A stretch of DNA of 64,000 bases from Cystobasidiomycetes sp. EMM_F5 (lineage: Eukaryota), in assembly GCA_051047955.1 (NCBI GenBank), contig JBPGPT010000017.1, positions 248,001 to 312,000 of the forward strand, in the 5' to 3' direction. Below are positions 26,549-39,900 of this stretch, one piece after another (positions within the stretch are counted from its first letter, which is position 1; each line of letters begins with the position of its first letter). A model generated the notes under the pieces. It ran no database searches. It was not told the origin of the DNA and saw only the letters and a program-made list of their open reading frames with translations. A program made the position numbers and the translations under genes.

Positions 26549-27708
26549 TTACGTAAGCCTTTTTTGAGACTCCGCTTCGTACTTGTTTGCCATTTCCACT
26601 AAAGCGTCTATCATAGCCTGTCTGACCTTCTCTGATAGTTCTGCTATATCTTCCGAAGAGCTAGTATAGCCCTCGGTTGATATCGGTGGCAGCGCTGGAT
26701 ACAGTTCTGGGACATCAGTACGATGAGAGTAATCGGTCAACCACCCCATGCATACGCACCTCGACATGTCAATTCACCAGCTTCGAATCGTTTCGCGCGC
26801 CCAGAATATAAATGGTGGTAGTTTTGCATGACTACTGGAACAATGGGGAAGCCACCTTGCACGGCCATATGGAAGGCACCCTTCTTGAAGGTCTTCAAAG
26901 TGGGTTCGGCAGCATTCGTTCTCGTCCCTAGACAGCATTTCTCAGTGTCTATGAGGACGGACTCTTCGCTGGTACTGCTTACCTTCCGCAAAGATCCATA
27001 TGGACATGCGCTTAGACTTCATGAAATTGATGGCACGTGTAAAGGTGCCCAAGGCGTCTTTGCGATTATTGCGGTCGATGAAGACAGAATTGCTTAACCA
27101 CATACTGCCAACGCAATTAGCTTTTGAACCGTGCACAAGTCCATAGTAGCATACAATTGACCCAGTAAAGGTGACCATTTGAGCTCTCTCTTGGCCGTGA
27201 CTGCGGTCCGCTTTGGAAAGATGCGGCCAAGGTAAAGTATGTCAATCATGCTGCAAGGAACATACGAATTAGCACCAAGGGACTCTTAGGCAGGTATAAA
27301 GACTTGCGATTGATGATTCCCTACGAATACTGTCGACGTTTTAGGCTGGAGATGTTCTTCTCCCTCAATATTGATTGTCCAGCCCAGAATAGGACCGGCA
27401 AAGTAGTAAAATGAGCGGGCAACGTAGTGTTGTATACTCTCGCTCTTCCCGACGAGGTTCAGGGCTATAGACAGGGCGACGGCCCATGCACTCGTCAATC
27501 CCAGAGTCGTGCAATACAGGCTGAACCGCCAGTAGTAGCGAACAGTCTGATTCATCCTTGCGGCGAGATACAGGGGCACGGCGACCGGGAGAAGGGCAGA
27601 GAGAAACGAAGCTCGCTGCTGGATTGATTGCCCCGACGTCGTGAGACCAAGCAAATGTGCAGGCATCCAGATAATGGTGAGGAAGAGCAGGCCCCACTGC
27701 CAGATCAT
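26549..27708 (-). CDS. SLC1: 1-acyl-sn-glycerol-3-phosphate acyltransferase
   Basis: PlsC motifs GNHQS(MID), VFIDR, IFAEGTR, FKKGAFHMAVQ...PIVPVV. Confidence 0.92.
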
Positions 27709-28032
27709 TCAAAAAGCAGAGCTCGGTCCAGCGAGCAGCAGAGCCGCCCTAGAGACTGCGGCTCTCTAACGGTATGCAAAAGTCGGTCAAAGCATACAGC
27801 GGTATTGTCGAAGCACGGCTCTAACTAGTCCAGCGTGATCGACCTCGGTCACACTGTTACATGTAGAAGCGGCCTGGAACAGACATGGCTTGCAGGCTTA
27901 TGGCTAATTCATGCGAGGCTACGCAGCGACTTGACCAGCGGTTCGGTAGCGAGTCGCTCGAAAGTGGATGAAACGCGTTTGTGGAGAACGACTATACAAT
28001 GACAACATGTCTGCAGCTGCCTGCACTGCAGG

Positions 28033-28679
28033 CTAATGATGCTCTACTGATTCAGCAGCAGAAGTTTTTGATTGATCTTCATGCATCCTAGGCGGGATAT
28101 TGCGTTCCCTGCGGAGATAGATGCCTGTCAGATGTCTGCGAACAGCAGAAAGAGGAGACAACGTCTTACCATTTAGTACCTCCGGGACCTAACGTCTGGA
28201 TACAGAAAAGCGTGTCAGCATAGCGCAAAAGTGCAATACCGCAGATAAGGGACATACATGTCGGACTGGATCTGGATGGCGGAACCGGAACAATTCTCGT
28301 TCCATGTTGTGTAACAGCTGCGCTACTCTACGTGGATCCTTGACGTCTCTGTGCTCTTCGAACTTCACGCGCAGCTCAATAGCCTGACACCCGGGGAAGT
28401 CAGTACATTGTCGAAGCTTGAGTGCATCCGGCACGGGGTTGAGCGACGAGCGCGACCGACCTTGACCCTCCAGATATCTCGCCGGACATTCCAGTCCAGC
28501 AAGTCTTTCAAGGCTTGACGATACATTGTCTGTTTGCCATAATTGCGGCAGCCGACAAACAAGGCCATAGGATCATTGAAAGTCAGCGATTATTAAGATA
28601 GGGAAGGTCGTTGCGGCGACATTCCGCTTGCCTTGACATAGCTTCGGTGAGCTGCAGTGAATGGTTGCACTGTCGCCAT
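28033..28679 (-). CDS. NDUFB9: Complex I accessory subunit B22 (LYR family)
   Basis: Spliced MATVQPFTAAHRSYVK-TMYRQALKDLLDWNVRRDIWR-AIELRVKFE...RHPDP...PGGTKWERNIPP. First intron is GC-AG. Confidence 0.9.
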
Positions 28680-28751
28680 TGTTGGTTTGTGTTCGTCCGG
28701 TCGGCAGCAATCAGAAGTGAGCAGGTTCGCCTTGCGCCTAACGTGACCGCC

Positions 28752-30206
28752 ATGAGCAAAAGAAAGCGTGCAGAACAAGATGTTGATGGCTTGCAAGAGG
28801 ATATCGCATATAATGAAGAAGACTACAATGATGGACTGCCCCGCGATGAGAACGGCTTTGTAGAGACTGGCTTCAGCATATCCTTCGATGACTTTGACGG
28901 GTTTGACGGACTTTCGGGCGACGAAGATGAAGATATTGGTCAACAGCAAGATATTCAGACAGTAGATAGCAAGAAGAATCGCCAAAAAGATCAGGATGAT
29001 GCGCCGCGAGGTGGTCCAGGCTCACAGGTGTTGCCGGTGGCGCAGTACTTGCCTGACGATTTCGACGGAGAGCCCACAGATGGACATGAATATCTGTTTT
29101 TGGTCAGGTGAGAGACAATATTATCCAAGCGCTCCTTCCAGGCTGACTAATGCGTATCAGGCGAGAAGCCGCAGCCCATCCCGGAATTCAAGTAGCTGAA
29201 GCCTTTGTGAGGGCCAACATGCATGACAGAGCGACGCATCACAACATATCTGCCCCTTCTCCGAGTCGAGTTAGCCCTCATCGGCCATCTGAAGCCTGGA
29301 GAGACGAATACCTCAATGGTTTCCGCCTGATGCGACAAGTAAATTAGGCTGCGTCGTTCGTTTGATGCAGTCCGGAGCTAACGCAATGCTTCTAGACCTT
29401 TTCGATTCAAGCTGATCCGCAAGCCGCATTATCACTAGTGCCCGCTCACTATTTGCCAATACCATCGGCAGCAGACGAATCATCGTGGAAATCGTACATA
29501 CATGGGCGAAGACGAAAGGCTTCAATTATCAAAGACGCCGAAGCGAATGTCGAAGCGCATATGTCACACGATGGGGACATCGACAGTAGCGGGGCTTCCG
29601 CAGCTTCGCCCGTCAGGACGCCAGTCGATGACATTCTGAGTAAGTCAAGGCCGCCGATACCTGCTGTATTGCGAGCGCTCGACCAGGTATGTGTTTGAAT
29701 TTGGGCTTAGTCATGCTTGACTGACGTATATTGCACAGCCTACTGCGATATACCTCTTGGCTCATTTTGACGATTGGCTTCGGGAGAGACTTGATTCACA
29801 GCAGGTCGTAATCAAGCCTTCGACTATCTTCTTGCCACCTGCAATGCGCAGGAAACAAGCGGCGGCTGCAAAGCTTGAGAAATCTGGCACAGCTCCCGCT
29901 CCCACGAATGTGCCGCCTCTGCCAGACTTCAAGGCACTTCTGGCACCGATAGAATCGCAATGGATGTTTTCTCTCCTGTCAGTCACTGACTCCCTTCTTT
30001 CGTCAAGCGATATATCAACATTGCGCAGTCTTGTTCGTACATGTATGGAAATTGCGGATGCTACGTATTCCGAGCAGGAAACCTACAAGACAAGAGTAGA
30101 TGTTTCGGAAAGCCAAAAGCAGGCGTGGCAGGAGGTGATCAAAAGCTGCTGGATGGTCGTTGCAGCCGTCTGGGAGGGATGGAGCCAGCGCGACTTGTGG
30201 GAATAG
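28752..30206 (+). CDS. Gemin2/SIP1/Brr1 family snRNP-assembly protein
   Basis: LPVAQYLPDDFDGEPTDGHEYLFLVRREAA, W...F..MRQ, QWMFSLL...LLSSSDISTLRSLVR, terminal W.QRDLW. Confidence 0.82.
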
Positions 30207-30417
30207 CGATGTAGCATATGCGAGCGGCAGGAATATATTTCCGCAGCATTAATTGTTTCTGTATGCATCCGTCTAGTCCTGCATGTCTGCCATGTTCCCT
30301 TTACGACAAATTGTGATACTAACATTATGAACTGCGCATTCCTCTATGGTGCTGCTGGCGTATCATGTTGCATTCCTGACGTCTGTTCGTCCAGCGTCCA
30401 GATCATGGCGTTAAGGC

Positions 30418-32783
30418 CTAAGCGGTCTTGATGCGCTGGCGGGATTGCTCGTAAGTCGAAAAGTAGTTCGCGACGTTCAGGCCAAGGATCGTTCGAATGA
30501 AGAGGACCGTCAACACGATCGGTAACAACAGAGTCGTAATGAAGGTCTCCCAAGCCAAGGTTCGTGGCGGCTTGCAAACGTTCAACGGCTTGTTGCGGTT
30601 GACTTTGGCTTCAGACGCTTGGCCAGCCAGAGTCCACGGGATAGGAATGTTGAGATCATTTAGGATCTGCTCGGAGGCTGTATAAACAGCGTCAGCCACT
30701 GGAAAACGCTAACAAGCGCAACGCGGAATGACATACTGAGCTTTGCACCGCAGACCACGACTGGCACACCCGTGCCGGGGTGAGTGGAGGCACCGACAAA
30801 GTAAAGTTTCTGAATGTGGAAAGCATCAGCATGGGTTTGTGGGAGACATCCGTGACTATCATCACCTTGATAGAATCGTGAATAAGACGAGGTCTGAGGC
30901 AGAGCACCTGCAGGATGTTGTGCGATAGTCCCAAAATGCTGCCCTTGTACAGGTTGAGGTTATCTCTCCATGTTTGCGGGGTATTGATGAGCTCTGTATC
31001 GATGAGACTCTCGAAACCAACACCCGGAGCCAGGCCAAGTTCCGCTCCAAATTTCTCTGTAAGCTTACTAGCAACCTGTCTGCGTGCTCGAGATACGACA
31101 GATTCCCAATCTTGAGACTTTTCAACATGTCCATTGGCCTTTTCGATACCGATCTGACCGCGGACGGGTTTGTCTTCGAGCATGTGACCGCATGGTACGA
31201 GAATGACCAGCGTGTCTTTGCCCTCCGGTGCTGCAGATGGATCGACTCTGGACGGCACATTCACGTCTAGAAACGACACCGATAAGTCTCGTCGACTACA
31301 TGATGCTTGGAATGCTACTCACAGAAGCTTGGCTCTTCTGGCAGACTATACTCCTTGAAGATTTTGTCGAATGACTCCTGGTACGCCTCAGCCAGGAAGA
31401 TGTTGTGCGTGGTCAAACCTGGAACTTTACGGTTAAGGCCCCAGTAAAGACTGACACTTGAGCAGGTAAGTTTGGGATTCTTGAGTAATGATCGGGAGTA
31501 TGGAGTGGACGGCAACAGGTTTTGATATGCCCAGAGTAGGTCGGCATTACATACGACCAAATCGGCAGCGATGTACTCTCCACTCTCCAACGTAACGCCG
31601 CTGGCGGATTTGCCGTCTGCGCTCTGGTCGATGGACCTAACGGGTGAATTATACCGGAATGTTGCTCCGTACTTTTCACTGGCGATACGCTCGACTGACT
31701 CGACTACCTTGTGGTAACCTCCGATAGGGTACCAGATACCCTGAGCGATTTCCGTATATTGAAGGAGGTTGTACGTGGCTGGTGAATCGTAAGGGGACAT
31801 TCCGACTGTAAGAATGAACGATGAACGCTTTGTCAGTATTGAGTTCACAATTCTCAAGTCGAGGGTACACTCACGGTACATGGCTGAGAAAGTGAATGCC
31901 CGACGCATACGTTCTGTCCAGAAGTGGTTTGCCGCTCTCCGGTAGAGACGATCGAACACATGCAACTTTTCCGCCATCCTGCGTGACCATGAGCATACAT
32001 TCAGCTATGCCTAGATGCCATATACAGTAGATCTTACAATAGGTATGGTAGCTTTAAGATGGACTTGATGTTTGGGAAGTTGCGGTGCAGTACCTCTTTC
32101 AGAGAGACTTCGTAGTGAATGTGACTCTGGAAGAAAGAGACCGAGTCAAAGGCATTCAGACCTCAAAGGTTGGGAATGCGAACCTCGTTCATAAAGTTGA
32201 GGAATCGTCTGTACCCGTCCTTGCCTTCGTAGCGCTCAATCTCCTCCTTCATCTTTGCCATGTCGGTTGTCAGCGTGACTGTCTCGCCGTCATGGTAGTG
32301 GACTAGATAGTTTGGGTCGCACTTGATGAGCTTGTACCAGTCTTCTACCTTCTCGTCAAAGTCTTCGAACATTTCCTCAAAGACTATAGGTGAGATCAGA
32401 AGTCAGTGGCGACGAGGAACGATATATGTCCGTAACTAACCTTCACGCATGAGATAGAATGATGGTCCCTGGTCGAATCTATGAACACCTCCATCTTTAC
32501 CTTCGCTGTACAGAAGCGAACACCGTCCACCAGAGTAGTTTTGCTATATTTCGAAGCGTACATTAGCGATTGCTCCGCCAAGGACTACACGACATCGTAC
32601 CTTTTCCAATACTACAACCTCGAGGCCAGCCTTTGCCAAGTGAGCTGCAGTCGATACACCTCCGATACCAGCGCCTGTAATGATTAACGAATTCAGCATT
32701 CGCGGGCACGAAAGTTGGCTTTTCACCAGTCTTTACTTACCGATAATGACTACGCGAGTCTTTCCATCCTTTCCTACGCCCAT
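30418..32783 (-). CDS. crtI: Phytoene desaturase (CrtI/Al-1/CarB), multi-exon
   Basis: VVIIGAGIGG FAD motif, GGRCS, RFDQGPS.YL, GMSPYDSPATYNLLQYTE, GIWYPIGG, HNIFLAE, LYKGSILGLSH, THPGTGVPVV, and a C-terminal TM helix. Confidence 0.94.
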
Positions 32784-33251
32784 CTTGTCTTGATTTATGC
32801 TTGGATTGAAGTTGTAAATCTCCCAGACGAGGTGGCAAGCGAGCGTGCAGTGACGAAGGAGCGGCTGACAGCTTGAGGTCTTTAGTCGCAGACTATGAGA
32901 GGACTCTTCGTTGCAGCTTTCAGAAATGCAGACCTTGGCTTGAGACCAACTCGCAACTCGCGGTCCTCACTCAAATTATCCCGCCGAAACGCTTGCACGG
33001 CCTACTTTCTGCAGATCGAGAAGCGGTCGACCGATGCTAACACCGAGAAATGTGCGCAACACAGGCAGAACGATATTGATTCTTGCATGAATGCAGCATT
33101 GTGTACGGACACTCAAAGCAACTGTAGCTACGCTTTCCCAGCATCGTCGCCGGCCATGTTCGCCACCTTTTGCGCGTTGGCCTTTGAAATTTCAAAACGC
33201 GACCATGGTTTCCTTTTCTCCAGACATTAATTATTCAGCGACCATTCGAGC

Positions 33252-33445
33252 AGTTCACGGTCTGAGTCTGCGCCGTTTGCGGAGCAGGCTGGACGACACG
33301 CCGCCTTGAGGAGCTGTGCGACATCTGCAAACATCCAAGCGCAGGGCGGACGAGTCGTTCTTTTCAGCCCGTGGACTCAAAGGACACGCCAGAACGAATG
33401 CATGCCTGGGCATATGTGGTTACAACGATTTCATTCATGAAGACA
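33252..33445 (+). ncRNA. Candidate structured non-coding RNA (unassigned; possibly H/ACA-like)
   Basis: 15-bp closing stem (33252-33266 with 33363-33377, one mismatch) enclosing two further helical arms, followed by AAAGGA (ANANNA) at 33379-33384. No family recognised. Confidence 0.3.
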
Positions 33446-33931
33446 TCTACGTTACTGCCACTTAAATCAGCTTGCTGACATTTTCTGTCATTTTTGTAAT
33501 ATGCCATAAAAGCCATTGTACTGCTGTAACGTCGCATGTCAACGAGAAAAGCTGCGAAGCTGTAGCATTTGGATCGGAACAAACAATGGATTAACCCTTT
33601 GCAAACATACACGGATACTCCTTCTACTGACAACAACTTTCTTTATATGATGACAACGGGTAAAAGCACATACAATTGAGCAACTAATGATCATCATGAT
33701 ATTGGGTAGACGACAGCTTTGCAGGTATGCATGAATGTCTGCACTTTCACTCCTTTCGACTGTTTAGGATCTTGGACCTTCTGTATGATGGAAGAGCAGC
33801 GAGTTTTTGATCCGCTTCGACTGCTGCCCTCTCTTTTGTAGCGGCGACGAAAATGCACGTAATGCCAATGTTCTCTGCCCGTGAGTTTCGGTATTGATCG
33901 TCCTGCTCTGTAGCTCTCGGAGTGCCTCAGT

Positions 33932-36900
33932 TCACGAGACTACCGCAGTGGCAGGTACGATTGCAGCTGTACCGTTCGGCATGGGAATGGCGAGGCTGGA
34001 GCGAATGTTGCCGAGGAGCAGTTTGACCTCGGGAGATTTGGCAACGAACGAGTAGCGGAAAAAGGCATCGTCCTGCATCATCTGGACGAATGTTGCGATA
34101 ATATGGTATGGGTGCGGGCGATAAGCGATGAGGCGCTCTAGCAAAACGCGCACAATCTGCTCTTTGGTGTACTCTGCAGTACCGTCGAGGGTGAATACAT
34201 GTAGTATCCACTTGCTGAACCAGTTGCTGTGCGCGTTCGGGTATCGGAGGTGCATAGCCATCGCGTTTAGAATCAGATAAGAACCCTCCGGATCGAGCTC
34301 CGAAATCAGATTCTGGAGGAGCGTGACAGCCGGTGCTGATGGCAGGAACGATGGCGTGCCCGTTTGTGCTTTACTCTGAGCGAGAGCAAAGCTGCAACAA
34401 AACATGACAATCGAATTGATCATCGGTTCGTTGTACTTGCTTTGACCGTTGCCAGCCGCAAGTATCTTGTCGGAGAGTTCCGTCGTGTTGCCCAGCTCTA
34501 CCGAGCGCTGCAGCTTGCGTTCTAGCAACTGTCTCACATCCATAGGCTGCAGGGCTTGTGCAAAGTCCGACAACAAACTCGGCGTTCCGTTGTTCTCCGC
34601 TGCGGCTTCGTCCCCGCGAGTGATTTGCAGAGGGTCCGGCAGCTTTGTCGAGAGGGGAAATGCACTCGATAGGAGATTGTGCAATTGTGTGCAGCTGGTC
34701 GGAATGACGTCGCTGAGCGAATAGTAATACACCGAAAGGAATTCTGGGAAGTCATGCAAGAGTACGAGCATGATTCGAAGGGTGCCGGTATAGAGTGTAC
34801 GGAGGGTGTCTGTGACTTCACCGTTGCGGAGGAAGGGAGCGAGGAAGCGGAGAAGAGAGATGAGAAGACGATGGAATGATGACCATCCCTCGCGGTCCTT
34901 CATGCCAAGCAGCTTGGGCATAAACATGCGGTGCGACACCAGAGCCATCCACGAAAAGGTGAAGCCACTGAAGTAGAGTGGCTGTAGGGTATTGATTGAG
35001 TGACTTAGCGTGACGAGAATCTGGTAGTACGCCGTGCCCAAATGCATTTCGATAGAATGAAGGTTGGCCAACAGACTTGAGAAAAAGCGGTAGAAGGGCT
35101 TCTGCTGGAAGTGAAAGCCAAGCTCTTCATGAGACTGCGCCAGAACAAGCACTACGATGGACAGGACTTTGCTCATGTATAGGACCTTGGCAGAATGATT
35201 GTTCTTGTTTTGAGGATCGGCATGATATTTGATCATGAATGTGATGAGTTTGGCGAAAGCATCTACCGGCTGAAATAAGCCGCCGACAGGAGTTGCACCA
35301 GCCGCTTTCTGCTTGATGTAGGCCTCGACACTGACTTCCGTACAGACGCGGAAGAACAGAGATGAAATCTCCTCGCCTTTGAGGATGCCTTGGTTTTGTA
35401 ACTGGACCACAAATTCGACAAATGATTTCTCAATCTGAAAAGATGATTGATAGATCCGGACCCATTCAACAAAGCACAGTGTGAGCTGCTCTCGAATGGC
35501 ATGATTATCATTCTGCACTTTGGTCGCTGCATCCTCAGTAGCAATGCTGCGCAGATCTTCCAGTAAAGGAGCAGCACTTGAAGGGTGTAGGGCAAGTCAG
35601 TAATAGATCAGCCGTGATCACACCTGCTATACGTACAGTTCTCCGCCCTTGCCAGCCTGTACAGCTTGCGCCAGCGCTCTCAGGGTGTGCGAGAAATGCT
35701 CTCGCGTTGCGATCGAGCGATCGCCTAGGAGACACTCCCGAATCAAGCGGGCCGCGAAGTTCACAAAGCTCGACTTGAATTCCCGCATGACAAATTTGGC
35801 GAGCTGCGTATCGTATTCGGCCACCGCAATGAATCCAGATTCGAGCAATAAAACGGTAACTGGCACGTTAAATTTGCGCTGTTCCAACAATCGTTGTTCA
35901 GTGAGAGTAAACCGCCCGGATTCGATGCGATCACCTACCTCATCGGGAGCATATATGAGCCACGCTGTCACTTCCTTGGACACCTTAGCGGTTATTTCGC
36001 AGAGCCGTTGAAGGAGAAGCACGAAAGCCTCGCGTGCCATTCGCGAATCGCTGCGATATAGCAATTGTACGACCTTCTGCGAAAAACCTAGAGTAGTTTC
36101 GTCCTTCACAAATGAGCGCGAAGCTGCTATGGGAAGCTGTCGTAGCACTCGGTGGACGTCGTGTTCGGCAGGTAAATCGGACAAGCTGACGAAGTCTGCA
36201 GCTTCCGCCTCCACGAAAGCCTTTTCGAGATCGAGCATAAGTTGTGTGAAAATTTCGGTCGCCTGTTGAGCTGTCAAGAGGCCACCCGGCGCCAGACCAT
36301 CCTGAGCGGCCGGGCTCGTGCCAATTTGATTTGCAGGTCCCTCTTCGGTGTTGGACTCCTTCTGCGGAGGGTACGAAGATGATGCACGCTGAGTAAAACC
36401 TCAGTCTTGCTCATCGTGTCATGCACGAAAACACTTACTTTCTCGAACTCCTCGTACACCAGCATCTGACTTGGCTGTAAACCGCCTAGCTTCAAGCGAA
36501 GCGGATCTGGCAGCATGCCAGAATAGTGTGATGCAGCCATAGCGGCAGTATCCCAGAAAGCTTGCGAAGATCGCTCGCGATGCTTGAGCCTTGCCATATA
36601 CGACGGTGCAAGGGCATCATCTACTTCCACGACAGCTCGGTCCATTGCCACTTTTTCAACGACCGAGCAAGCTAGATCCAGATTATCATTAGCAATGATC
36701 ATAACCGATTGCTCTGGCAGATTAAGCTGGGATCGCAAAGGGGGTCAGGGCAAGTCGTCAGTTCTGTAATTCCGACTCACCTCTGTAAAGCCGTTCTGAA
36801 GCAGCAGGGTTCGAAGATGGGTGACGATACTCAGACGCAGCGGCTCCTTGCATGTCACTAAAGCAAGGCTACCAGCCAGGTTCTGCACCATCAGGTGTGC

Positions 36901-39900
36901 AGCCTCGCGCATGCGCTCTTCATTCCCTTCCATCGCGAAGTCCTTGATTGCCAATTCGCGAGTAGAGATACCCGCTATTGTGACGGATCGCTCAACTACA
37001 GGCGCAATGATTTCTCGGACAGCACTGTCGATTCCTAGCTGCACAAGCCGCCTCAACGTAGTATTACTTGAAAAGCCAGATACGGGGACGGAGAAGGTGA
37101 GATACTGCGGTACGGTAGCGAGAGCAGCGGTGATGGCATCAGCCAGCGCCAACGAATAGCCCGCTGCTCCACCGCCTGACGACGAAGATCCGAGCAGAGC
37201 GATTCCAGACGGCAGTTGCGGCAGACGGCTCGCCTGATTCTGACTTGCTTCTCCGCTGGGAGTGGTAGATCGCGGGAATGCGGCGGTTAATACAGGCCTG
37301 TCTGCCTCGGGGACTACACCGCCGGTGCCACCTTCGGCACCGGCCTCTTTTGGAGGCCTAACTCGTAGGGTAGTAGTTGGCTGGATTTCCTTCAGATCAA
37401 TGTTGATGTTCTTGCACAATACTTCAATCTCGAACTTCAAGTTGAGTTTGAGTTCTGCAAAGTGGTACAGCTCAACGAGTAGACGGAGTATAGCCATAAG
37501 CCAGGGGTTCGGTGGCCGAAACACACGAGATTTGGAACACTGCTCTAGAACCTTGCAGACGAATGGTATCGCAACAATTAGTCTGTTTGAATCGTATCCC
37601 TGGATCAGCAAGTCCTTGAAAGAAACATTCTTATGCTTGATAGGCTTGTTTTTTGCGAGCGTTAGCGCTCCCAGCCAAGCTCCGAGATTTTTTAGAAGGG
37701 TTCTTTGGTTGCTCGACTGGACAGTCTGCTCCGAGTTGAGTAATTCTTCAGCTCGAATAAGCGTCTCCTGCAGCACCTCCTTGAAAAGCGGGACGATGTC
37801 TAGGGTATCGAGGAATTGCATGTATAGGTGGTGGTTGTTTGGTTCAATGCTGATGCGCTGATCGACGAGGTAATTTGCGAACCACCTCATATACGAAGAT
37901 TCGATTGCTTTTTGCATGTCGCCAACCTTTTGATCGAGGTTGGATAGTGCTAGATTGTTGATGATGAAGAGGATACGGTCCGACGTAGCTTCGTCTGGCG
38001 TTTCAGGCGTACCTCGGTCATGAGTAGGCACATCCGGCTTTAGAGCTGTGAAAATCTTGAAACTCTCGACAGCGGCATCTACTTCCGCTACAGCGGTATC
38101 GACAATGCCATTGTCTAGAGTAGTCGACGGAGTACTGAGCGCAGCCCGCGCAACCGCAGCGATGTCGGGGTGTGTTTGCGATAGATGCGGGACGTTAAGT
38201 ATCGCCTGAGCTAGGGATGGCCATTCGTGGAGGCGGGGAAGGAATCTTGAGAGAGCTTGGATTCCGAAGCGGAACCAGTTAGAATCGGGAGCATTGCGGA
38301 GGGCATCCAAGACGTAGCGAACGGCGATACCCAGCGGTATGTAGTCAATGAGATGATGTTGGATAAGCGAGCCAAATAGAGAGGCAGTGAGGAACAGCTC
38401 CTGCTGAGGGTATGTTGAAAAGAATTTGTATTCGTCGAACAGGCCATGAAGGAAGCATGCCAAAAAGTCATGATCGTGTGTGTTGTCGGAACTTTTAGCT
38501 TGATGAAGAAGCGTGACTACGTCATCTACGCTGATCTCTTGATCATACATACGCTTGTAAAAGCTGTCGACTTCTGCTTCGATGTCCGGTGTGAAGCTGG
38601 TTACACTAATGCCAGGTTCTTGCTCGGCGCCAGGCGCGAAATTCATGAGACGGGGATGCAACTGTAAGCATTGCGTTCGGACTTCTTTAAAGAGCTCGAT
38701 CTCCTCTGGACCGAATATTTCGTGACTGTAGAAACACATGTCAGTTTTCGATGCTGCGCTCTTTTTCAAACATGCACGTACTGTGCTCGTAAGGTTCTTA
38801 AGAAAGTCGCAATGGTTGAGGCTGTTAGGCTGACTGTCGTCGGGTCGGAAGCCTGCTGGACATCCTGATCTTGACGATTTAGATCGTGTCGGACTTTAGC
38901 ACCGACGAATTCAAGCGCTGCTCGTACAAACACGCTCCCGTGCGTAGCTACAGCAGATTCCAGCCATCGCTCGTCGTCAATGTACTCTTTGCGTCCGGCC
39001 AGGGCTGCAACATCCAGGGCATAGTAGTCTGGCGATGCCTCCAGGATGTCTCGCAGAAGCTTGAAGTCGTGGGCAATCTCGAGAACTCGCGTAACATTCA
39101 AACTGCGATGTAGTCGTCTGCTGTCAGCCGGTTCTGAACAGACAGAATAACCAAATGAAACGTACTCAGACAAATTGTAAAATTCCTTGAGCTTCTTTAC
39201 CAGAAGTGTCCGGTCATCCTTTGCAAGAGTATAGAACACAATGCTGCACGAAGGCGAGCCGGCAATGACCATGCTCAGCAATCGATCACTCAGGGCAATA
39301 GCCATTTGAGAAGGCGGCGTCTACAGATTAACGAATCAGCTTCACGCCGGACAAGGTCATAGACATGTGTGCACCTTCGATTTGAACATGCTCAACAGGA
39401 CGAGTTCCGGTTCTGCTTGACTCGCATGGCCAATAAGAGCCTGCACGCGCGCTTCTGGACTATGTGCTTCCGAAGCTTGTCCTGGTCCGGCCAGTGCCAG
39501 CAATGTAGGAACTAGACGAGAATTGTTCCAGGCGGAGAATAGCCGGATTCCTATATGTTCCGCTACAATATTGATTGTGCTTGTTTCGAGCTGCTTGTTA
39601 AACTCGGCATCGAGATCTTCTGGATAAATGACTGTAGCGGAGGGCGGCAGCGAGGTCGCTGCAAAGTCATAGTCACCGTAGACCAATGTTTCGAACAGCT
39701 CGACCTGCTGTGCTCCTCGCTTGAATGACTGCCAGAGCGCGTTGATAGGGGCAAAATTGAAATTGTTTGTCTGAGCTGATAGCAACGTCTGAAGATGGTG
39801 AAGCTCGTCCGGTCGAGCATCACTGCAATGGCTCTCAATAGCTTCTCGGACGGTAGTTGCCCAGTCTATATCCTCGATAGCTGCATCTTGGGCGCAACTG

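Noticed and set aside
33590..33600. TTAACCCTTT resembling a telomerase RNA template
   Set aside because: Only 7 nt match a TTAGGG template (TAACCCT). No convincing pseudoknot or CR4/5 was seen, and it sits in the likely NOT1 3' UTR region.
33640..33710. TGATGA motifs suggesting a C/D snoRNA
   Set aside because: No properly placed CTGA D box with terminal stem, and no recognisable rRNA guide; AT-rich 3' UTR is the simpler explanation.
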